A stretch of 64,000 nt of DNA from an uncultured virus (IMG/VR IMGVR_UViG_3300025126_000012) (lineage: Duplodnaviria > Heunggongvirae > Uroviricota > Caudoviricetes): the IMG/VR virus record IMGVR_UViG_3300025126_000012. One strand, 5' to 3'. Shown piece by piece: positions 57,262 to 64,000 of the stretch. Position 1 is the stretch's first letter, and each line of letters opens with the position of its first letter. The notes under the pieces were generated by a model, which saw nothing but the letters and a program-made list of their open reading frames with translations, searched no databases and was not told the DNA's origin. Made by a program: the position numbers and the translations under genes.

Positions 57262-57918
57262 ATGGCACAACCAAAAATAAAAATGAGTATGATGTCAGTG
57301 GCCAAGACAATAACGGCCACTGATACCTTGATGCTATTACAAAATGGAGTCAATAAAACTACAACAATATCAAATTTACTCAAAAATTTTAATACAAATG
57401 ATAATATAAGATTAAATCCAATTCAATTATCGATAAACACTAGCATTTCATCGAAGAATGATGCTAATGCCCTTTTTGTAAATGGTGTCACGGATAAGAT
57501 TGGAATAGGCACAAATCTACCTTCCTCTAAATTACATGTAATAGGCAACCTTCAAGTTGGTTCATCTTCTAGCGATGGTGTATTAGTCCAGTCGACTGAA
57601 GTCATCATATATACGGCGACCGATAGTACAAATGGGGTTACAAAAGCAATATCGCCTACTAGAGCTAATACTATACTCAAAAATGATAGTGGTGTTTATG
57701 GATTATACTCCCTATCTTCCGGTTATGACGGTCAGGTAAAAAGTATTGTTGTAAATACATTAGACCTCGGCAAGACAGTATCCATATCTATTATAGGCGA
57801 AGGATTTAATACCATAACATTAAATGCGGTTGGCGATACTGCGGTAATTCAGTATTCAGCATATACAAGCAAATGGTATTTAATCGGCGGGAATAATCCA
57901 GTATTGAGTACGATTTAG
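57262..57918 (+). CDS. Putative structural protein, paralogous to the upstream gene
   Basis: KIKMS.M..A......D.LMLLQ.G; IGIGT..P..KLHV.G fibre motif; G.NTIT...VG......WY. Confidence 0.65.
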   Translation: MAQPKIKMSMMSVAKTITATDTLMLLQNGVNKTTTISNLLKNFNTNDNIRLNPIQLSINTSISSKNDANALFVNGVTDKIGIGTNLPSSKLHVIGNLQVGSSSSDGVLVQSTEVIIYTATDSTNGVTKAISPTRANTILKNDSGVYGLYSLSSGYDGQVKSIVVNTLDLGKTVSISIIGEGFNTITLNAVGDTAVIQYSAYTSKWYLIGGNNPVLSTI

Positions 57919-57921
57919 TAG

Positions 57922-58287
57922 ATGATAACGAAGGATAATTTCATAATTATGGCAATGAGGGCGTATGATAATCCTTCATGCAAAACAATAATTGAATTCG
58001 AAAGTGATATATCAAAATTTACTAATTTAGTAAGATTAACGTCAAGAAATATGGGTCCTATCGAGACTCATTTGCTTTTAAATCAAATATTAATTTTGCT
58101 TAATTTATTTTCACCTGACATTTGTATCGAAATGATGTTTTTTAAAGTAAAAAAAGATGATTGGTATAAATTAAAAACTGTCCTTGTGTATTTGAACAGA
58201 ATGCCGGATTACATACAAAATGCCAATATAAAGACAAAGGATATAATTATATGCAACGAGATGATGGACATATTGGGGAAGATATGA
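57922..58287 (+). CDS. Conserved T4-like hypothetical protein
   Basis: IT.DNF...AM..YDNP.C....EF..D, LLNQI..L.NLF, LKT.LVYLN.MP. Confidence 0.75.
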   Translation: MITKDNFIIMAMRAYDNPSCKTIIEFESDISKFTNLVRLTSRNMGPIETHLLLNQILILLNLFSPDICIEMMFFKVKKDDWYKLKTVLVYLNRMPDYIQNANIKTKDIIICNEMMDILGKI

Positions 58288-58436
58288 CCTCGGTTGGTGC
58301 AGGTGGCATAGCAGCAATTGGAGTAAATCAATTGGGTGAACCTACTACTGACACTTTCGGTGAACCACCTAAGAAAAACACAATCAAAAGTCTGAAAAAA
58401 AGATTAAAAAAATTAAAGGACAAAAATGTTATTTGA
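58284..58436 (+). CDS. Small hypothetical protein
   Basis: MTSVGAGGIAAIG...GEPP..K motif; ATGA overlap. Confidence 0.5.
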   Translation: MTSVGAGGIAAIGVNQLGEPTTDTFGEPPKKNTIKSLKKRLKKLKDKNVI

Positions 58437-58770
58437 TAAACGTTTGATTATACTTTTTGTTATTGTTGTAGGACTCATTTTTTATTGGGCTAGTCTAGTA
58501 ACAACAATAGAATCACAAAAAACAGAGATATTAAAATTATCTGTCGCAATTTCAACTCAAAACGTTGCAATAACAGAAGCTACAAATGAGCGAAATTCAC
58601 TCCAACAGAAAATAAATGAAACTTCTCTGAAAAATGTAAAATTGAGTAATGAAAATAATAAGCTCAAGAATAAAATAACAAATAGACCTCCTGTCAATAA
58701 TTGCGAAGATGCTTTTTCATATTTAACATCTACAGCAAAACAAGTAGCATCGGAGTTCAACAATAAATGA
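58426..58770 (+). CDS. Inner-membrane spanin (Rz-like)
   Basis: N-terminal TM, coiled coil, C-terminal Cys; overlaps a lipoprotein gene. Confidence 0.75.
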   Translation: MLFDKRLIILFVIVVGLIFYWASLVTTIESQKTEILKLSVAISTQNVAITEATNERNSLQQKINETSLKNVKLSNENNKLKNKITNRPPVNNCEDAFSYLTSTAKQVASEFNNK

Positions 58771-59030
58771 AAACATTAATATTATTATTTTTATTATCGC
58801 TGGGGGGATGTAAATCAATTGAATACGTATATGTTCCAGTATATACACCAATAGAAATACAGATGCCAGTGCGGCCTGTCTTGTCTAGTGTGGGTGGTAC
58901 CTCTTATGATGTAATAGGCAAAAATATAGAAAATGATTTAATTGACCTAAAATCATATGCTATGCAACTAGAATTACTGTTAAACGATATAAGTATCAAA
59001 CAGGGGCAGAAAATAAAAATCAATAAATAG
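58767..59030 (+). CDS. Outer-membrane lipoprotein spanin (Rz1-like)
   Basis: Lipobox LSLGGC; Pro-rich VYVPV...P.RP. Confidence 0.78.
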   Translation: MKTLILLFLLSLGGCKSIEYVYVPVYTPIEIQMPVRPVLSSVGGTSYDVIGKNIENDLIDLKSYAMQLELLLNDISIKQGQKIKINK

Positions 59031-59067
59031 AAGAATCATCTGAAATACAAATTTAAAGGAGCAGTAT

Positions 59068-60864
59068 ATGACTTTGCTATCAGCAGGCATTGAAATTAAA
59101 GAAAAGGACTTTTCACAGATAATCCCGTCGGTATCTAGTTCAGTAGGTGGTATCGCAGGCAGATTTCTCAAGGGACCGATAGAAACTCCTATTCTTATAT
59201 CAGATGAGGATGAATTAGTTTCAGTTTTTGGTGAACCAAATGATACCAACGCAAATGAATGGCACACATGTTCAGAATTTTTGAAATATACAAATTCATG
59301 TTATGTTGTTAGAACTAGAAATACTGGTGTTACAAATGCAGATTCTACTGGGGGCGCAGTAAGCATCGTCAATCGGGATGAATATGAAACAATTTCTTCG
59401 GCTGATAGAACTACAGCAGGCGAATTTATAGCAAAGAATCCAGGTAATGTAGGAAACGGTATTGGTATGATAATGGTAGATGCTGGTACATGGGCAGCAT
59501 TCGATGCTTGGTGTGATACCAATTTGGCATTATTCCCTAATGGTGTGTCACTAGCATCATATTTTAATAGTGCACCAAGTACATCTGCGTATGTCAGTGG
59601 TAAAGCTTCTGACGGAAGTGAAAAAAATGATGAAATGCATATTCTTGTGTTAGATATAACAGGTGCAATATCTGGTGTACCTTATACCGTGCTCGAGAAA
59701 TACGAAGGAACATCCAAAGCATCTGATGCAATTAATTATCAAGGGTTAACTACATATTACGTTAATGTCTTGAATGAATCTTCTAAATATGTATGGTGGA
59801 CTAATCATCCTGTTGCCACCTCAGGTGCCTCTATTGTTCCGATGGGTGCTACATCGTATGATGCAGCATTGGCAGGTAACACATTTGCACAAATCAATAT
59901 AATTGCTTCACCTAATTTCTTTTTGCAAACTCTATCAGGTGGAGTAGACGGTACATCAGCTACTGAAGCAGAAATTAAGTCTGCATATGACAAACTTGTA
60001 AACAAAGATTTGTATTCTATCGACCTAATCATGAGTGCTGCATTCTCGGTTGGTGTGTCGGGTACAATTGAAAAATACATCCTAGAAAATATCGTAGATG
60101 TTAGAAAAGATTGTGTAGGGTTTATATCACCACATCAAGCAGGTGCTCCTATTAGAGACGCAGCAGCTGCAATAACTAATATAATCGCATTCAAGTCTGC
60201 GGTCGGTGTTTCTGATTCTATTGCATCATACGGATTTATGGATACTGGCATGAAATATATCTTCGATAGATATTCAAAGAAATATCGCTGGGTTCCACTT
60301 AACGGTGATATGGCAGGATTAGCAGCTAGAACAGATTCTACAAATGACCCGTGGTGGTCTTTTGGTGGATTTAATCGTGGTGGGGTGAAGAATGCAATCA
60401 AATTGTCGTATAACCCAAACCAATCTGACCGAGATGTTCTATATCCTAAGGGAATTAATCCGGTAATAGTAGATGCTAATTCCGGGGTTACACTTCTCGG
60501 AGATAGAACTATGACAAATAAACCATCTGCATTTGATAGGATTAATGTACGAAGATTATTCATTTTGCTTGAAAAAGCAATTTCAAAAGCATCTAAATAT
60601 ATGTTATTTGAATTTAACGATAATTTTACTAGAGCGCAATTTAAAAATATGGTAGAACCTTTCTTAAAGACTATCAAAGGAAAACGTGGTATTACTGACT
60701 TTATTGTTCGCTGCGATGCTAGTAACAACACGGGGGATGTTATTGATAGAAATGAATTCTTGGCCGAAATTTACATCAAACCTGCGAGAAGCATAAGCTT
60801 CATTACACTGACTTTTGTCGCAACTCGCACTGATGTGTCATTTTCAACTGTAGTTGGTGCATAA
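59068..60864 (+). CDS. 18: Tail sheath protein gp18
   Basis: LS.G.EIKE.D, W.P.NGD.AGL.ARTD, FDRINVRRLF, FEFND.FTR..F, YIKPARSI.FI.L.FVATRT. Confidence 0.98.
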   Translation: MTLLSAGIEIKEKDFSQIIPSVSSSVGGIAGRFLKGPIETPILISDEDELVSVFGEPNDTNANEWHTCSEFLKYTNSCYVVRTRNTGVTNADSTGGAVSIVNRDEYETISSADRTTAGEFIAKNPGNVGNGIGMIMVDAGTWAAFDAWCDTNLALFPNGVSLASYFNSAPSTSAYVSGKASDGSEKNDEMHILVLDITGAISGVPYTVLEKYEGTSKASDAINYQGLTTYYVNVLNESSKYVWWTNHPVATSGASIVPMGATSYDAALAGNTFAQINIIASPNFFLQTLSGGVDGTSATEAEIKSAYDKLVNKDLYSIDLIMSAAFSVGVSGTIEKYILENIVDVRKDCVGFISPHQAGAPIRDAAAAITNIIAFKSAVGVSDSIASYGFMDTGMKYIFDRYSKKYRWVPLNGDMAGLAARTDSTNDPWWSFGGFNRGGVKNAIKLSYNPNQSDRDVLYPKGINPVIVDANSGVTLLGDRTMTNKPSAFDRINVRRLFILLEKAISKASKYMLFEFNDNFTRAQFKNMVEPFLKTIKGKRGITDFIVRCDASNNTGDVIDRNEFLAEIYIKPARSISFITLTFVATRTDVSFSTVVGA

Positions 60865-60903
60865 TTATTCATCAAAACACAATCATTCTTAAGGAGAAAT
60901 AAA

Positions 60904-61470
60904 ATTAGCATACTAAATTTTAAAGCAGCTTTACTTGGGGGTGGAGCTAGAGCAAATCAATTCCGAGTTACACTTAACTTCCCTGCATTTGTAACTGGGG
61001 CATCTACCGCGGCAAACAAAGCACAATTTTTATGCACCGCCGCAAGTTTACCCGGGCAAAACATCAATGTAGCAACTGTGATGTATCGCGGCCGCGAAGT
61101 AAAACTTGCTGGAGAAAGAATATTCCAAAATTGGACAGTGTCAATACTGAATGATAATGATTTTGATATTCATAATGCATTTGAATCGTGGATGCAACAA
61201 ATAAACAACAAGCAGGAAAACTCTGGTATGGTTAATCCATTGTTATATACCACTAACATGAATGTAGAACAATTGGATAGAAATGGTGTTACATTAAAGA
61301 AATACACATTTCAAGATGCTTGGCCGACAGTAATTTCACCAATTGGTCTTGGATTCGACCACAATGATAGGGTAGAAGAATTTCAGGTAGAATTCGCCTA
61401 TAGTTGGTTTGAGAGTGAAGCTTATAAAGGCCTTCAGGTTCATCTTTCTACTCCACTTGGTTCAATTTAA
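60904..61470 (+). CDS. 19: Tail tube protein gp19, apparent ATT start
   Basis: Frame extends 58 codons upstream of 61078: (I)SILNFKAALLGGGARANQFRV...FLC.AASLPG...YRGR.VK.AGER.F..W; SD AAGGAG 7 nt before ATT. Confidence 0.93.
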   Translation: MSILNFKAALLGGGARANQFRVTLNFPAFVTGASTAANKAQFLCTAASLPGQNINVATVMYRGREVKLAGERIFQNWTVSILNDNDFDIHNAFESWMQQINNKQENSGMVNPLLYTTNMNVEQLDRNGVTLKKYTFQDAWPTVISPIGLGFDHNDRVEEFQVEFAYSWFESEAYKGLQVHLSTPLGSI

Positions 61471-61484
61471 TTTTAAATCTATAA

Positions 61485-63203
61485 ATGCAAATTTCGGAAG
61501 AGTTACTTAATCTTTTTGGTTTAAAAATAAAGAGTAAAATGCCTGATAAATCGTTATCAGGTGCGCTGTCAACTGAATTAGATACAGATGGAAGTGGTAT
61601 TACTTCCTCTATGTTATCGAGTGCTGGTGCCTTTGGTACGTATCTTGATACTGATGGGCAAATAAAAACAGAAGTAGAAGCTATTCGTAAATATAGAGAA
61701 ATATCTCAATTTGCTGAAGTTGATATTGCAATTCAAGAAATCATTAATGAAGCTATACCACAAGAACAAGATACTAAATTAATTAAATTAAACCTCGATG
61801 GTTTAGATGATATTGTTTCAGATAATGTAAAAAATAAGATAAAGGATTCATTTGATATAATCTTAAAATTATTGGACTATGAAGATAAGGGAGCAGAATA
61901 TTTTAGGAGATTTTATGTTGATGGTAGACTTCCATTCCAAATTATAGTTGATAAGAACAATATAAAAAATGGTATTCAAAAATTAGTATTATTAGACTCT
62001 CAAAATATTAAAAAAATGAGAGATGTCACTACAAAGACTAATTCTCAAAATGCTATCATAGTAGATAAGGTGGAAGAATATTATCTATACAACGAAAATG
62101 GATTCGGTGTTGGGAAGAATACACAAGGAACAGGTTCAAATACAATAAGCAATTTACAAATTAGTCCTGATGCAATAATATATATTACAAGTGGTCTAAT
62201 TGACCAAAATACCGGCATGATTCTTGGGCATCTCAATAAGGCAATCAGGCCAATCAATCAACTTAGAATGTTGGAAGATGCAACTGTTGTTTATTTTATA
62301 GCTCGTGCACCAGAACGTAGAGTATTCTATGTCGATGTCGGTAATCTACCAAAACATAAAGCAGAACAATATTTGAAAGATATTGCTAATCGTTATCGCA
62401 ATAAAATGGTATATGATGCTAAGACAGGTGACATAAAAAACGACAAGAAATATATGTCAATGTTAGAAGATTTTTGGATGCCACGCAGGGACGGTGGTAA
62501 AGGAACAGAAATTACTACACTCCAAGGTGCTCAGAATGTTACTGGTTATCTTGATTCGCTCGAGTGGTTTAAAGAAAAGATGTATGAAGCACTGAATATA
62601 CCCAAGAGCAGATTAAAAGAAGATACTGGGTTTAGTATAGGGCAATCTCAGTCCATATCAAGGGATGAAGTAAAGTTTCAAAAATTTATTGATAGGCTTC
62701 GTAATAGATTCGGTCAATTATTGTTAGATTCTCTAAAGACACAGCTGACTCTTACACAGGTGTGCAATATTGAAGAATGGGAGGATTTAAAGCAATATAT
62801 CAAACTTGATTTTCAAAAGGATAATTTCTTTACTGAATTAAAAAATCAAGAAGTGATGACAAGTCGTTTTGCCATGGTACAACAACTTGATGATTATTTA
62901 CAAAAATATGTATCAAAAGAATGGATTCAACGGAATGTCCTTATGATGGCTGAGGATGAAATTAAAACAGAATCTATCAGAATGAAAAAAGAAAAATCTG
63001 ATATAAGCGCACAACCTAATTGGAAGATTCAAGGGCAATTTCAGCAAGACCAACAAGCTGAAATGATGCAACAACAAGCTGCTCAACAACCAGATGCTGA
63101 TGCTGGTGCTGAAGATGCAAATGCTCCTGCACAGGATACAGGTCAATCACAACAAGGTGAACAATATCCAGAGTATGACCCACAGAATTACCGGAAGCAA
63201 TAA
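61485..63203 (+). CDS. 20: Portal protein gp20
   Basis: YVDGR, NQLRMLEDA.V.Y...RAPERRVFYVDVGNLPK.KAEQY, MLEDFW.PRR.GG.GTEITTL. Confidence 0.98.
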   Translation: MQISEELLNLFGLKIKSKMPDKSLSGALSTELDTDGSGITSSMLSSAGAFGTYLDTDGQIKTEVEAIRKYREISQFAEVDIAIQEIINEAIPQEQDTKLIKLNLDGLDDIVSDNVKNKIKDSFDIILKLLDYEDKGAEYFRRFYVDGRLPFQIIVDKNNIKNGIQKLVLLDSQNIKKMRDVTTKTNSQNAIIVDKVEEYYLYNENGFGVGKNTQGTGSNTISNLQISPDAIIYITSGLIDQNTGMILGHLNKAIRPINQLRMLEDATVVYFIARAPERRVFYVDVGNLPKHKAEQYLKDIANRYRNKMVYDAKTGDIKNDKKYMSMLEDFWMPRRDGGKGTEITTLQGAQNVTGYLDSLEWFKEKMYEALNIPKSRLKEDTGFSIGQSQSISRDEVKFQKFIDRLRNRFGQLLLDSLKTQLTLTQVCNIEEWEDLKQYIKLDFQKDNFFTELKNQEVMTSRFAMVQQLDDYLQKYVSKEWIQRNVLMMAEDEIKTESIRMKKEKSDISAQPNWKIQGQFQQDQQAEMMQQQAAQQPDADAGAEDANAPAQDTGQSQQGEQYPEYDPQNYRKQ

Positions 63204-63234
63204 ATAATTATCATGATTTCAAAGGAGCAATAAA

Positions 63235-63789
63235 ATGTCAGTAGAACAATTAATTTCACAAATTTCTGAAGGTTCAGAAGATGCTAAGGTTACTTTAGAA
63301 TCTATTCTAATGTCAAAAATAGCATATAAATTAGATGAATTAAAAATGAATGTGATGAGTGAAGCATTCCCATCCTCATCAAAAGATGATGACGAGGATG
63401 ATGATGATGCCGACGATTCTGATGACGAAAAAGACAAGTCGATTATAGGTTCTGGTAAAAAAGACGAAGTAGAAATAAAAGAAAGTGTAACATCACCACA
63501 TAATTTAAATAATTATGATGTAATGAATAGATTGCATGCAGCAGGACATCCTATAAAGATAGATGCTGAAGATGATAATTCTAGGAATATGAGGGTGCAC
63601 TGGAAAAATTATGCAAAAGAATTCGGTTTAAAAACTCGAGAACAAGTTGCTGCTCATGTTGACCAAGCAGATAACAATTCTGACCCTTACGATGGCGGGA
63701 TGGGGGGTGAAGATAAAAATGGAAAAGCAACAGGGAATCACAACGAAATTGAACGCATTCATATTCAACATTTAGGTGGGCACGAATAA
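63235..63789 (+). CDS. Prohead core protein, gp67-like, with His-rich C-terminal extension
   Basis: LI..I..G.......E..L..K....LD..K helix, acidic run, then IKE and an unrelated-looking segment; lies between gp20 and gp21. Confidence 0.6.
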   Translation: MSVEQLISQISEGSEDAKVTLESILMSKIAYKLDELKMNVMSEAFPSSSKDDDEDDDDADDSDDEKDKSIIGSGKKDEVEIKESVTSPHNLNNYDVMNRLHAAGHPIKIDAEDDNSRNMRVHWKNYAKEFGLKTREQVAAHVDQADNNSDPYDGGMGGEDKNGKATGNHNEIERIHIQHLGGHE

Positions 63790-63798
63790 GGAATAAAC

Positions 63799-64000
63799 AT
63801 GAAGTTAATAACTGAAACCTACTTAGAGGGTATCGAATCTTTAGTAGAAAATACGTCTACTGGAAAAACATATAAGATTGAAGGCCCCTTTGCTACTTAT
63901 AATAAAGTAAATGCAAATAAGAGGATGTATACTGAATCTGTTATGACTCCAGCAATGAAAAAATACATTACAGAAAAAGTTTCAAATGGTAGAGGCTTTG
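63799..64000 (+). CDS. 21: Prohead protease gp21 (3'-truncated by the window)
   Basis: MKLITE...YKIEGPF.....N.N.R.Y...VM. Confidence 0.9.
   Translation, partial: MKLITETYLEGIESLVENTSTGKTYKIEGPFATYNKVNANKRMYTESVMTPAMKKYITEKVSNGRGF

Noticed and set aside
61078..61470. ORF-track start for gp19 (130 aa)
   Set aside because: It omits the conserved N-terminal 58 codons; the SD supports a start at 60904
1..64000. tRNAs, introns, inteins or homing endonucleases
   Set aside because: None recognised by eye; gp17, gp18 and gp20 look uninterrupted. A covariance-model scan would be needed to exclude small RNAs

Overview
This 64 kb AT-rich window comes from a T4-superfamily myophage with cyanophage/aquatic T4-like gene order and a Gram-negative host (spanin pair, IHF-consensus sites). 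1-7 kb is an early accessory region built from six copies of a promoter cassette (IHF-consensus site, TTGACA, extended -10 inside an inverted repeat, SD). It carries small ORFs, a YqeY-like protein, an AAA ATPase, three HREDGPA-repeat paralogues (one frameshifted) and an Rnl2-like RNA ligase. 7-9 kb holds gp33, gp59 and gp32. 9-14 kb is a minus-strand late block (gp4, an Acb1/57B-like phosphodiesterase, gp2, gp54-like, gp26/gp51-like, tape measure). 14-64 kb is the plus-strand morphogenesis block: baseplate, gp5, a three-part VrlC-like protein, fibres with a GC-rich tip insert, gp13-17, putative capsid-internal proteins, spanins, gp18-20, a gp67-like gene and partial gp21. Main leads: (1) a predicted -1 frameshift joining the gp26-like and gp51-like ORFs just before the tape measure gene; (2) a putative virion-packaged nuclease, ligase-fold and nucleotidyltransferase cluster; (3) the IHF-site promoter cassette array; (4) an Acb1 homologue with a capsid-targeting-like N-terminus; (5) an apparent ATT start for the tail tube gene. 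All family calls are by-eye motif recognition; no searches were run.
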